From the NCBI RefSeq assembly GCF_001194135.2, contig NC_068994.1, positions 45,012,260-45,076,259 of the forward strand: a stretch of DNA of 64,000 bases, in the 5' to 3' direction. Below, piece after piece: positions 38,419 to 49,150 of the stretch; position 1 is the first letter of the stretch, and each line of letters begins with the position of its first letter. The notes beneath the pieces were generated by a model. That model saw only the letters and a program-made list of their open reading frames with translations. It was not told the origin of the DNA and searched no databases. The translations under genes were made by a program, and so were the position numbers. This DNA is from Octopus bimaculoides (Eukaryota).

Positions 38419-41400
38419 GTGTGCTTCTGGCACTAACGAGGTTGCCAAGTAACTTGCAAGACTGAAAAAGAGTGTTGGGGAAGTATTTGGAAAGGAAGTA
38501 GCTTTATTTCATGTGCTGAGAGACTAAAGTATTGGTAGTGGGACAAGCGTGGGTGTCTTGTTATAGAAGAGATACATGTAAGTGGGGGTTGCAGGAAAGA
38601 AGATACAGATTGTTGTGGTTGGGGTGCCAAAGCATTCTCTCGAGGTACAAGATGAGTTATTGATATGGAGAAGTGTTTTGTTTCAGAAATAGAAGAAAGA
38701 GAAGAAGCTGAACGAGTTGAACGTGAGAGACGTGAACAAGAGGCACGAGAAAGAACAGCGAAGCTGCAAGAGCAGTTTGCTAAACAGAAGGCTCGTGAGA
38801 AAGAGATTGAAGAGAAAGAAGCGCGAAGAAGAGAAGAGCAGCTGTAAGTAGACTTTATTTTATAAATAGGGATAAAAGCAGGTGGTGGTGGTGATGGTCC
38901 CTATCTTATCACCCTTTTCTTAATGGACTCTTCCAAATATCTACGCTTGTGAAGTAGTTGTATACTGTCAATTTAATGTGACAGTCCCATGAAGGAAATA
39001 ATACTACTGTTGTTTAGACCTAGGAAGCTGCACCGTTTCCTGTCAGCCTTGACACATTTCCTGTGTCCTTATGTTTACAAGGGGAAGACAAGCACCTCCA
39101 CCCAGCTAAGTCTGCATCCAGAGACATGCTTCTGAGTCTTTGCTCGTCATCAGTCTGGAGTAGCATGACCTGCTAGTCGAAGATGCCTGTCAATCTCTTG
39201 TAATCATATAATAATTCTAGTGAAATGCATACACTGATTTCAAATTTAGAAATAATACATTTCTAAATCTCTCAGAGATTTATGCAGTAGTTTATGTCCC
39301 CCCCCCCCCTGTAAACATAAAGACACAGGGAATGTGTCATGGCCGACAGGAAGCAGTGCAGCTTCCTAGGTCTAAATAACAGTAGTATTATTCTCTTCAT
39401 GGGACTGTCACATGAAGTTGACAGCATACAACTACTTCAACGTATCACTACTGCATAAATCTTTCTGAGAGATTTAGAAATATGTTATTTCTAAATCTTC
39501 GCTTGTATTTGGTATGGTTCAAATTTTAAGGTTTTTCCCTTACACCCTTTTCCTGAAATAAGTACCAGCCAGATACTGGGTTGGTTCAATCAACTATTTG
39601 TTCTTTATGAACCTAAGAACTTGTAAATTGTTTTCATTTCCTTTCTTAAATCTCTGGCCATATGTCATCTTAGAAATTTTCATTTTTTATGAATTGTCTA
39701 TTTGGGTTAATAATGCATTCTCATATTCTAGATTGAGTTATCTTTATAAATTGTGAAGTGATTTCTGGAAACTGCTGGGTCATTGTTGGTGTTTTAGATG
39801 TCTTCTGGTGATTCCAGCTTCGTTTCCAACATTAAAATGTGAGGACTTTTCAGATGTGACCTATGAACCTGGTCATCTTCTTCATTCCACCTCATACAGA
39901 AATAAAATGGGACAATAACAAGACTGTTATTCCTTATTAACCAATATACTTTGGAGATAATATTACTAAGTGTTTAAGAAAGTCTTGGCACTGTGTAACC
40001 GATTCTGAGAATACGCAACTAACTAAACCTTTCACACCTAAACTTGCACTGACTGCATGAATGCCGATCTTGGTAAGATTCTTTAGTGGGTGTTATGTCA
40101 ATGGTGTCTTCCTTAATATCTCAAAGACCGTCCCACAATTCATGTGCGGTCATGTATTCCACCTCCATTAAACGTACAGAACACTACAAATGTTAGGCTT
40201 CACTACTATTGTTCTAGTGATCTCATGACTTCAACACAGCAAAGACTGACCCTCCTCTAGAAAATACTTGAGCTCCCAACAACTGCTAGCTGGCTACAAG
40301 ACTGAAGTGAAGCCCACTATGAAACACTGCTTCCACATGTGGTACAGTACTACTGTTATATGTGTAACAAGTATCTTAGTCTGCATCCACAAGAAGCTTG
40401 TCCACCAGCAAACTCCAACCTCTGGTCAACAGATGTGCTGCCTCTTCTACTACTGCTACAGTTTCTTGGTGCAAATTGATCTTGTGCATCTGATTTCCTA
40501 GTGTTCTCTCTCACCCATATCTGAATGCTAAAGTGACTGTTTCCTTCAAGAACAGACTTTCAATGTATTCAATTAATTTACAGAACTAGTAGCAAAATAT
40601 AAAAGAAGTGGTGAAGAAGCTGTAGTTAACATGCTGTGAATTTTATTTAGGTGGTTTTGAAATGTAACCTAACAAGGTTCATACTTGAAGAAGATCTGTA
40701 CCAAAATGCCTTTGCAGAGCCCCCCATGATTGGTTAGTACATGTAATAAAGATTTCAGAGAGTTTTTTTAACTTTCAGTTTTAAGCAGCTAGTATATATT
40801 GAAAGAATTACATTGTAGTAATGATAGTTATTTGATACACACAGTTATATTCCCTTCTCTATTCAATTATATATATATATATATATATATATTTATTTTA
40901 GTATATCTCTTTCTTAATGATCAAACTGTGTTTTACAGTAGAGAGAAGCGTGAAGCAGAAACCGCATCACACTCCTGGAGAGATGCCAGTCCTAAGGTGG
41001 AGAAGGTTTCTGATATAGCTAAAGAGAAGATACCATGGAAACCGATATCCAGAGAAGGTGGTTGGCGTGAACGCACTCTGCAGAGGGAAGACAGCTGGCG
41101 CAAGCCTGATTCTAGGTGAGTATCCATTTGTCACTAGGCAACTTTTGATGGCTGGTGGTGTTGTTTGTATTTTATTAAGTTTTTAAATTCAAGTATATTG
41201 GTGTTTCTCAGAAACCTCTTTTCACTCTTACACTATTTCACCTATTCCTAGTTCCACTAGTGTTCGAAATAAATCAAGGGCAGTCACTGTAACCCTGGTG
41301 ACTTAACTCATTATTATTTACACTGACCATATCTGGCCAAAATATTTTGCCAGCTCTATGTTCAAACTTGCAAGATCCAACCTCTCACACTCTACAATGT

Positions 41401-44257
41401 CATTCTAAAAAACAAACAATCACATCATCAAAATTTTGATGCTATAAGACAATTCATAATTAATTCAAAGCAGTGTGAAGAAATAAGCATTGCATTTGAC
41501 AGAGTAATTTGAATGCTAAAGGGTTAAATAAAATGCAGGTACCTTCCAGTTTGCCAATCACTTTGCTTTGTTGATTATCTGCTCTGGTTGTCTCTGTTAA
41601 TTAACCTACAGTTGTTGTGTAATTTGTTGATTTATTTATATATTCATTTTCCTCCCTCTCAGCAAAGAAGCTGAAGATATACAATGGAAACATGGCAAGA
41701 GTGATCGCATTCCTGCACGGGATGTGAGATATGAAGACCCTCCTGATGAACCGGATAAGGACGATGATAACTGGCGCAGCCCTGCTGATATGCCACTTAA
41801 AGATACTCCACTAAGAGAAAGCTCTGGAAGGATAACTCCGGCCAAATATCCCCAAGCACAAGAATCAATGACATCCAGAGACAGCTGGCGAGACAAGGGT
41901 TTAAGTGATGTGGATAGAGGGGACAGAGACAGGTAAGTTTTCATCTTGGAGTTTACTGTTTTTAAAAAGAATTTTTCGCCAGTTTATAGTTTGGTTTAAT
42001 ATTGGTTTGTTTTTATACATTTTAGATTCCGTGATGACAGATGGGGACGAAGGGAAGAGCGTCGTGGTGGTGATGATGATGAGTGGAGAAAATCAAGAGG
42101 TTCTGGCAGAGATGACGTGTGGAGAGGTCGTGATAGGGATGATACCAGTAGCAGTAGCTGGAGAGACAGGGGTGGGGCTCGAGAAGAGGGCAGTAGCTGG
42201 CGGGATAAAGGCTCTTCTATGGACGACCGCTGGCGCAGTACACGAGATGAACGAGGTCCACCAAGAGATCCAATGTGGATGCGTGACAGAAAACCACCCT
42301 CTTCACGAGATGATGACTGGAAAGACAGAGGAATAGGTGAAAGAGGTGGCTTGAGAGACAGAGATGGACCTCGTGACAGAGACGGACCTCGCGATAGAGA
42401 TATGCTCCGTGATAGGGATGGGCCTCGTGACAGAGATGATAACTGGGCCAGTGACCGGCCTATGCCAAGAAACACAGATGATTTCCGGGAAAAATCTGGA
42501 AAGTCCTTGGGTAGCTGGCGAGGTGGTGACCGTCGAGAGGAAAGAGGGCCTCCAGGCCGTGATTCAGATTGGAGCAGGCGAGGTGAGTAGACATATTTAA
42601 TTTAAAGCTTTTATTTTCAGTGTCTGATATTCCACTTCATAGTCAAAGTCTGTTATGTGATACTGATATCCCAGATCTTTTATTTTTTACAGGAACTGAT
42701 CGTGGTCCCCCTGGCTTTAACAGTTCTCGTCAAGATGGATCTTCACCACGGAATTGGCGATCAGGTGGTGGTCCCAGTGGCGGTGGTGGTAGCAGCAGTG
42801 GTGGTGGTGGAGGAAGTATGTAAATTGTATATACTTTACAACTTATTTTGATTGCTTGATAGTGTGTTAGAATCAGTTTCATTACATCACGGTTATCATT
42901 TCTCTCTAGTTGTTGATGGTGAGAACAGTGTGAGAAAATGTTTATGTAAATCTAATATACATTTCATCAGATCAGTATGTGGTTGGCTAATTTCGTATTG
43001 TATGTTATATGCTACTTCATTATCAATGTCCAAGTTCCCTAACTTTTACAATATTCACCAGTCAAATAGTTATTTATTTCCTGGTTATCTTTGATCCAGC
43101 TTGCTTATGATCAAATTTAGTTAATAAGAATTGTGTCTTTTATTCTACTGTCTTTCCCTTTTTTTAAAAAAACTTGATGCGGTGTAATTTTGAAAGGTAT
43201 TTGGCTATTTTTAGTAGGTTGAATTAATACTTATAGAAACTTGGCAGTTGGCACAGGATGTCATAGCTGTGGTGTAAATTAGATAATTTAGGTAACTAAC
43301 ATTCAAGTTATCTAATGACAACAGATGCTGCTCTGACCTCATGGGTCAAATCAGAGCAAGGCTTGAAAATGAGGAAGATGCTTTAATGGAATATTCTGAG
43401 CAACCAAATTCACTTCCGTTGTGCAAATGTTTGCCTGTATACAATTGTGAATGCTGGTATATAAAAGTTTATTTTGCAGAAGTCTTTAGATGAGTGCTAC
43501 ACTAGAGTGTTACATACAATACTTAACCCTTTTGATGCCAAACTGTCTGAGACTGTATTTGGCTCTAAGATACAAGTTTACTGTTTTGAAGTGATGTAAA
43601 TTAAAAACTTCCTTCAACATTTCATGCTAATTTATGTTCCAAACAACTTAATGACAGTTGTTTTACAAAATTCTTAATTATTTTCAAAATTATGTGAATC
43701 AAAGGCTGTGTATTTCAACAAAAATTTAGTAGTAAAAGGGTTGACATTAAACAAGAATATGTACATAAGCACTAAGTATCTGTTATAGGTGACACCAGGG
43801 TTGAATGAGAGAACAGTAGTGAGTATGAAAGACAGGCTGGAGTCACTGAGAGCTCCCAAGCTAGCAAGATGTAAGAGGGACTAACTAACCTGGCTTGAGG
43901 TACCATTGTAGTATTTGTCTGAGGATACTGCAGTTTGTTTTGACTGTTATAACCTTGATTTCATCATCATCATCATTGATTAACATCTACTTTCCATGCT
44001 GGCACAGAACTGGCCAGACTCCAATTTGTCTGTTGTGGCATGGTTTCTATGGCTGGATTCCCTTCCTAACAGTTTATTTAGAGACTTTTTTTTCAATTAT
44101 GTAAGACTAACATTTATAGCGGGTGGTAAGAAAGTAATTAATTAATTACCAACAACAGTATATTACGAGTACAATTCAAAGTTTTTTATTGATTTGTTTC
44201 TTTTTATTTTTAGCCCGCGGAGAGGACGATGATGGCTGGACTACAGTTCGATACTAG
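17489..44257 (+). CDS. EIF3A: Eukaryotic translation initiation factor 3 subunit A, complete 22-exon CDS (3789 nt, 1262 aa)
   Basis: Exons 17489-17537, 24917-25107, 25591-25727, 26436-26599, 27521-27579, 28305-28654, 28764-28935, 31206-31397, 32284-32400, 33673-33858, 34618-34755, 35404-35613, 35835-35939, 36242-36355, 36531-36653, 36963-37116, 38687-38843, 40939-41115, 41663-41932, 42026-42582, 42693-42815 and 44214-44257. All introns are GT-AG with consistent phases. The protein runs [41 protein letters not shown], matching metazoan eIF3a. Confidence 0.97.
21575..22110 (-). mobile_element. Penelope-like element terminal region inserted in (TA)n/(GT)n
   Basis: Carries the hammerhead followed by AATAAAG on the minus strand and is flanked by a TA/CA microsatellite, as is typical of PLE pseudo-LTR ends. 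Boundaries are approximate. Confidence 0.5.
21615..21698 (-). ncRNA. Type I hammerhead ribozyme (Penelope/retrozyme style), intact core
   Basis: Minus strand reads TTCC-CTGAGGA-GAAG[long stem II]CTTC-GAAA-CATG-TC^GGAA. Stem I is TTCC/GGAA; stem II is GAAG/CTTC, extended by TTACA/TGTAA; the minimal stem III has a palindromic CATG loop; the GUC cleavage triplet is at 21622-21620. Confidence 0.75.
22954..23122. repeat. 169-bp exact direct duplicate of 21740-21908
   Basis: ATTCTTGCATATTTCACC..GAATACCAAATT is identical in both copies, including the (AT)7 run. Confidence 0.92.
23262..23472. mobile_element. piggyBac-like MITE (TTAA target, CCC..GGG ends)
   Basis: TTAA-CCCATTAGCA....TGCTAAAGGG-TTAA. 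Related copies at 49516-49737 (inverted), 57756-57983 and partial 41320-41528; a distinct family with similar ends at 43523-43744. Confidence 0.7.
24917..25107 (+). CDS. EIF3A: eIF3a exon 2
   Basis: [63 protein letters not shown]; TAG acceptor, GTTAGT donor. Confidence 0.97.
25591..25727 (+). CDS. EIF3A: eIF3a exon 3
   Basis: [45 protein letters not shown]; donor GTAAGC. Confidence 0.95.
26188..26310. repeat. Minisatellite, three copies of about 37-45 bp
   Basis: ACATGGTAGCTTGTTATTCGTACTAT(AGTACTAT)ATTCCTGTAGT repeated. Confidence 0.85.
26436..26599 (+). CDS. EIF3A: eIF3a exon 4
   Basis: [54 protein letters not shown]; AAG acceptor, GTAAGT donor. Confidence 0.96.
27521..27579 (+). CDS. EIF3A: eIF3a exon 5
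   Basis: (A)[19 protein letters not shown]; CAG acceptor, GTAAGT donor. Confidence 0.95.
28305..28654 (+). CDS. EIF3A: eIF3a exon 6
   Basis: [65 protein letters not shown]. Confidence 0.97.
28764..28935 (+). CDS. EIF3A: eIF3a exon 7
   Basis: [57 protein letters not shown]. Confidence 0.96.
29452..29740 (-). mobile_element. Retroposon 3' tail family D ((ATG)n tail; GGAAGGGCATCCAGCTGTAGAAAC) with internal GC-rich sub-repeats
   Basis: Same motif at 37748-37930, 54270-54862 (+), 59842-59942, 22770-22870, 43968-44070 and 1640-1762. Confidence 0.7.
29850..30920 (-). mobile_element. Degenerate RTE-clade LINE reverse transcriptase
   Basis: [64 protein letters not shown] corresponds to RT domains 3-4 of non-LTR elements. 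Confidence 0.85.
31206..31397 (+). CDS. EIF3A: eIF3a exon 8 (PCI domain)
   Basis: [64 protein letters not shown]. Confidence 0.96.
31448..31625. mobile_element. TA-flanked MITE (Tc1/mariner-pogo type TIRs)
   Basis: Left end TACTGTATTTTAA..TATAAGGAACCC and right end GGGTTCCTTATATTAAAATACTGTA form inverted repeats. Confidence 0.7.
32284..32400 (+). CDS. EIF3A: eIF3a exon 9 (PCI domain)
   Basis: [39 protein letters not shown]; donor GTGAGT. Confidence 0.95.
33673..33858 (+). CDS. EIF3A: eIF3a exon 10
   Basis: [62 protein letters not shown]. Confidence 0.96.
34618..34755 (+). CDS. EIF3A: eIF3a exon 11
   Basis: [46 protein letters not shown]. Confidence 0.94.
35404..35613 (+). CDS. EIF3A: eIF3a exon 12 (coiled coil)
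   Basis: [70 protein letters not shown]. Confidence 0.95.
35835..35939 (+). CDS. EIF3A: eIF3a exon 13
   Basis: [35 protein letters not shown]. Confidence 0.95.
36242..36355 (+). CDS. EIF3A: eIF3a exon 14
   Basis: [38 protein letters not shown]. Confidence 0.95.
36531..36653 (+). CDS. EIF3A: eIF3a exon 15
   Basis: [41 protein letters not shown]. Confidence 0.93.
36963..37116 (+). CDS. EIF3A: eIF3a exon 16
   Basis: [51 protein letters not shown]. Confidence 0.93.
38687..38843 (+). CDS. EIF3A: eIF3a exon 17
   Basis: [51 protein letters not shown]; donor CT|GTAAGT. Confidence 0.92.
38942..39495. repeat. Interleaved inverted repeats A-X-B-A'-B' in eIF3a intron 17
   Basis: A (38942-39084) is the reverse complement of A' (39297-39444), about 140 bp with scattered mismatches. 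B (39245-39291) is the reverse complement of B' (39448-39495). Confidence 0.85.
39117..39159 (-). ncRNA. Degenerate minimal type I hammerhead ribozyme
   Basis: Minus strand reads TCCAGA-CTGATGA-C GAG caaaga CTC A-GAAG-CATG-TC^TCTGGA. The 6-bp stem I is perfect, but GAAA is changed to GAAG and the base of stem II is a C.A mismatch. Confidence 0.55.
40070..40500 (+). mobile_element. Degenerate non-LTR (CR1/Jockey/L2-like) RT fragment
   Basis: VFLNISKT (cf. LDISKAFD) and [20 protein letters not shown] (cf. YKAQVRP.MEYC...W). Confidence 0.4.
40939..41115 (+). CDS. EIF3A: eIF3a exon 18 (start of low-complexity C-terminal domain)
   Basis: [47 protein letters not shown]; tandem CAG/TAG acceptor. 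Confidence 0.9.
41663..41932 (+). CDS. EIF3A: eIF3a exon 19
   Basis: [58 protein letters not shown]; phase 2-2. Confidence 0.88.
42026..42582 (+). CDS. EIF3A: eIF3a exon 20 (R/D/G/W-rich repeats)
   Basis: [65 protein letters not shown]. Confidence 0.92.
42693..42815 (+). CDS. EIF3A: eIF3a exon 21
   Basis: [40 protein letters not shown]; phase 1-1; donor A|GTATGT. Confidence 0.85.
44214..44257 (+). CDS. EIF3A: eIF3a final coding exon
   Basis: [14 protein letters not shown] (TAG at 44255-44257); conserved eIF3a C-terminus GWTTV. Confidence 0.93.
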
Positions 44258-44654
44258 TGTTTGCTGCCAGCACTGATATTAGCTCATTAATGATATAACA
44301 AATAGGGATTTATCATCCCCAACACCGCTGCCATATTATTATTATTACTACTACAGCCCTTTAACAGAAGNNNNNNNNNNNNNNNNNNNNNNNNNNNNNN
44401 NNNNNNNNNNNNNNNNNNNNNNNNNNNNNNNNNNNNNNNNNNNNNNNNNNNNNNNNNNNNNNNNNNNNNNNNNNNNNNNNNNNNNNNTCTCCCCAACTTC
44501 CTGTATAAGGAGGTAAAACATCAAGGACAATGCCCAGTCTATTTGACGGTCACTTTGGCCTGTCAACAACCTGCTGTATACCTTCTCTACCTCCTCCTAT
44601 CAGCTGAATATTAACCCTGCTTCTCTCAGATTGCCAGGTTTCCCAAATACAATA

Positions 44655-44895
44655 AATATAATAATAAATAAATAAATTCATTTTTTTTTTTTTTAAATAT
44701 ATTTAAATATATCGTTCGATTGTGCTAATTACCAAATGACAAGACTTTTCTGGTTATAACATATATATACATGCGCACACAAACACGTAAACATGTATCA
44801 CAGGCGCACACATACGTATATTTGGGGCTCTTGTATTTTCTGTTACCCTTTGATTTTAAATGTGTTTAAATGTATAAACAATTCAATAAAACTGA
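44655..44895 (+). terminator. Candidate eIF3a polyadenylation signals
   Basis: Clustered AATAAA at about 44651-44676 followed by a T-rich stretch; a further AATAAA at about 44885-44890. Confidence 0.5.
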
Positions 44896-45499
44896 AACTT
44901 TGGAAAAATTTAATTTATTTTATGAGAGTGATTCTAAAAGTGAATGCTTTATGCATCTCTTTATTACATTTCACTCAATTTGACATGACAGTAATTGAAA
45001 CAAATTGTAACCAAACTCTTCATGTACTATTTTATATTTGATGATTATCAAAATTTAGCTTTTTGAAGTTCCTTAGCATCCTTGCTTGTCAACATATCTC
45101 TTAATCGTTATTTAGTAGCTCCCCTACACATACAAGTAGTTCATATTTGAAACAACAGGTGATACAGATGTACTGGGAGGAACTGGGGTATGAGCCATTT
45201 TGATATTGCTGATTTGGCACTCTGTTTATGCATGAATGAATGAAGAGGAAAGGTGTTTGTCAGTCAGGTTCAGATAACAAAATGTAATGTCAATTTATTT
45301 GTATGTATTTGGTTCCAAAACGTCAGCGTTCAAACAGCAACACCTGAACATCTCATTCCAAAGAAACGAGTGTTACACAGCACTGTCACCTCCAGCAATT
45401 CCAGTGTTGTACATAATTATCACCTCCAGCAATTTCAGTAAATTTAGGCACTCAATTTACACCAGTACACTAGCTGACTTCAGAAGTTCATCAACACCT

Positions 45500-46060
45500 C
45501 ACCCTATCATATTTCTATCCACTCTTACATCACTTTACAGGTCCCAGCTGTTATTGTCATGGTCGTTCCACACCAGCATTCACTAAGAATGATATCTGCT
45601 TGGCTGTGCAGCTTCTGAAATCCAGCCTGATCTATTCCTTTCTGTGTTCTCTCAACTACGACCTTACTCATTACAGGGTGTAGTGTTATTTCTTCAAGTG
45701 ACTCCCTTTGGCAATTTGGTGTTAATCCCTTTTTTTTCACTTGTCTGGTATTCACATGCCTAAGGAGAATACTTAACATCAATTGGCTGCAAAGGGTCCA
45801 AAATGACACAATTGAGATGACAAAGGGCATGAATAGAATAAATGATGAAATCAGATGCTGGAACTGGATTGGACATGTTCTCAGACAAGATTGAAGAAGT
45901 GATTGTATAGTGGTGCTAAAATGACAGCCTGAGAGTAAGAGATTAGCAGGGTGCCCTAAAACCACATGGTGAAGGACCATTGACAAAGAAGGGTGGAGAA
46001 GCTAGATTTGATAACATAACAGCTGGTTAGAATGATCACGTTGCAGCCTTATGTGCCCCA
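45500..46060. mobile_element. RTE LINE fragment with inverted 5' part
   Basis: Plus 45750-46060 encodes CLRRILNINW..RCWNWIGHVLRQD..QPESKR.AGCPKTTW*RT. Minus 45745-45500 encodes an earlier RT region (EITL..MSKVVVER..DQAGFQK..S.ADII). Confidence 0.65.
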
Positions 46061-47399
46061 GGGCACATAAAGAACTGACCAACCAGCATTCACACCAGCT
46101 CCAAAATTCTACTCATAAGTACATTCATTCATTTGAAATTAACTTGTAATATTTTCATCCCTCCTGTATTGTATTGAGCTCAATGTGGCATTTATTTAGT
46201 TTCAGTGGGTGAACTGCTATTGGTAACACGTATGTTGTTTTACTTTGGTAGGAGAAACTCTTGATTGTTAGATTCAAAGTAATTCTGAACAAGATTGTTG
46301 GCCTTAGTTTCAAAAATCCATTTTCCATCTGCTTTTATCTTTGTTGTCCCTTTCCCTGTGTTCAGCTTGGCTGTTCAAAAATGGTTGATACAGAGCCATG
46401 ACTATTTCCTAAATTCCATTGATGTTCTTAAACAGCTTGAACTTGTCACTGGTGAAACACCAACTATAATCATTATTCCTTTCAACATCTCACTCATAGC
46501 TTAGGTACCCAATAAATTTAATACATTATATGTATGTGTCAACAACAATGACAAGATGTCTCCATGAATGGACCAGCAAAATCTACTTGAGCTCTTCACC
46601 ATTGCTGAACTATAGTCTTTTTTACAATTTGTCTTGTCGTATTCAATACAGATAATGCTTTCCAAAGATTTACACAAAGACTAATACCATTCTGGAGAAA
46701 ATATTTACAAGATTTTTTTCTTCTTGGGTTAATGAAGTTGGTACAAATAATAGACCATTTCATTGAGAAGTCTATCTCTAATTTTACTTTCCATTTTGCA
46801 GAGAGAATGAGTGTTTCAGTAAATAGATGCTCATGTCTTCAAATTCATGACTGTTACATTCTTGGCAATATCTATTTGTTTTAAGATACCCTTTAATGCA
46901 TGAGGGTTTTCAGTGAACTCTTTTACTATAGTGAAAGCCTTGTGGGACATCACTTAAGTTAGTAAATTGTGTGTGTGTATATATGTCCACAGGGGCTTAT
47001 AAGCATTTTATATCTACCAAATTCCACTCAACATTTGATCAACTCTGCCTGTTTCAAACTAATGCTACAAACATTTCTTAAATTAAGGATAAGACTTGAA
47101 GGGAGAATGCAATTAATTGAATATCAACAACAGAACATATTCTGATAATTTTTATTGATCATGAATGGATGAAATGGAACAAAAAAAGTCATAACAAAAC
47201 ATTGTTCATAGATTTATCACATGGGATTCTTTTTGGTGAGGTTATAGAATTCATGGTTTACCAAAACTATCGGGAGCATAAGCAAAATATATTGACTAAA
47301 CCTTGGGAATTGAAACCATATTTGCAGGCTCTGTTCAAAGGAAATTTAGTTGTCTTACAATACACAACTCAGGATCCTAAAATGTAACCCACCAGGTAT

Positions 47400-48410
47400 T
47401 TTGTTGTCGGGACATTTTTACTTGATTTGAAGGTTTTTTGATATGCTAAATCCAAAAATGGAATCCATTTTTTAACATCATGTCTAGATTTCAAGATAGC
47501 CAAACCCTGCAATCATTAGTGAGTGATATGCATGAACTTCGATTTTTCTCCTTGAGCAATAAAACTGGATACACCAAAAATCCATGGATGTTATGTATAT
47601 GGGACAGCAGAGCCAGGAAAAAAAAAAAAACGTTGGGTGATCAAAGAATGGTCACAATGAACCATAATTCCAGGGTCTTTTAATGTGGTTGAACAGCCTC
47701 TAGTGCAACTGGGGAAAAAAATCATCCTGTCTCCACTCCATATCAAACTTGGCATTATGAAGCAGCTTGTTAAAGCTCTGGATAAAAATGAACCATGCTG
47801 TCACTCAATCAGCAACACATTTCCTGGTTTGAGTAGTGAACAGATAAAAGCTGGAGTATTTTACGGGCCTCAAATCAGAAAACTGATAAAAGATAGTAAC
47901 TTTGTAAATTCAATGAATTGCATAGAAGCATGGAATTCATTTGTAATAATTGTCAACATGCTGGAGAACTTTCAAAAGTTGGGAGTGAATATGAGCGTAC
48001 TCTCTACAGTTGCCTTGTGACAAGTTACAAGTAGGGTGAGCATTTCCATTAGGACATAAAATCTACAAAGGGGTATCAAGGCAGATGGGGCTTGCATATA
48101 ATGGCTGGAACTTGGCTCATGAACTTCCTGAGGTTCATCACTCGAAAAATTTCATTCAAATACAAATTCTTGTGGAATTAGGCAATAACAATGATGTAAT
48201 TTGTTTATTAGTTTTTCAGTAGAATTTTAAGAAAACATTCTGGTTGTGAAGAAAAACCAATTTCTCTGTGTGTATTATGCCTGGTTCCTTATATGCTGTT
48301 TTATCGAAAAAAAAAACCCCACGAAATTCTATGGATCCAATATCTTAAAATGTTGACATGGTAATAAATGGATATCATTTTCAGATTGTGTGTCAAAAAA
48401 TCTTCTTGGC
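47400..48410 (+). mobile_element. Internally deleted DNA transposon, Chapaev3-like (CMC) transposase remnant with imperfect TIRs
   Basis: GYTK..LCIWDSRAR, KIILSPLHIKLGIMKQLVKALDK..GVFYGPQIRKL and GEHFH*DI..YQGRW. The left end TTTTTTGATATGCTAAATCCAAAAATGGAATCCATTTTT..CATGTC matches the reverse complement of the right end at 48340-48405. Superfamily assignment is from memory. Confidence 0.7.
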
Positions 48411-49150
48411 CTGTGTAATTATTGGATGATGCACCACATTTAAATCATGATGACATTCTGTTGTTTGTGCTACTCCATTGACTTCAGTAAAGATTTTTTC
48501 ACATTGGTAATTAAAAGGCCACAAATTGAGAAGACAGGGAAAAAGGCACAAACTGCATGACATCATAATTGGATTAAATCCCAAATGAAAAGAAAACGTT
48601 TAGCTGATTCAATCAATTTCAATATATTACTGGCCCTTGTTTTATTTAAATCTCTTGAAGGAATGATGGACAATGACAACCCTCAAGAGGATTTTAGAGT
48701 CAAGCTGTGCATAGGAACAAAGCTAAAGTTTCTTTCATCTTTGTGTTCTAAGCAGCCTCCCACTGCAATCCGTAGAAAGTGGAATGAAACCATAAAGATT
48801 TTGAATTTTGTGTTCTAAAACTAAATTAAGGAAGGGTTGGGGGAAAAGAGTACAAATTGTAGAGTACATTGGATAGAATGAACTTCATTGCATTCCAGGT
48901 ACCTTTTCTACTGATTCCTTCCTTCCTTTCTTCCCCTACTCTCTGGAAGGATGAAAGACAAAGTGATTTCAGGGAGAGATTTGAATTTGGATCATGAAAG
49001 GATATAACAAAATACTTGGAGGCACTTTTACCATTTTTATATTCCAATACAAAAGCCCTACAAAAAATGTTGAGAAGAGGTGGATCCAAATGTAAGACAG
49101 AAGTCTATATACAGATAGAAAATGGAGGGGGGGGGGCTCCCTGTGAAATA

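Noticed and set aside
42583-42692. In-frame alternative acceptor at 42620 (ORF 42620-42823)
   Set aside because: It would leave a 38-nt intron, which is too short; the acceptor at 42692 has a proper pyrimidine tract.
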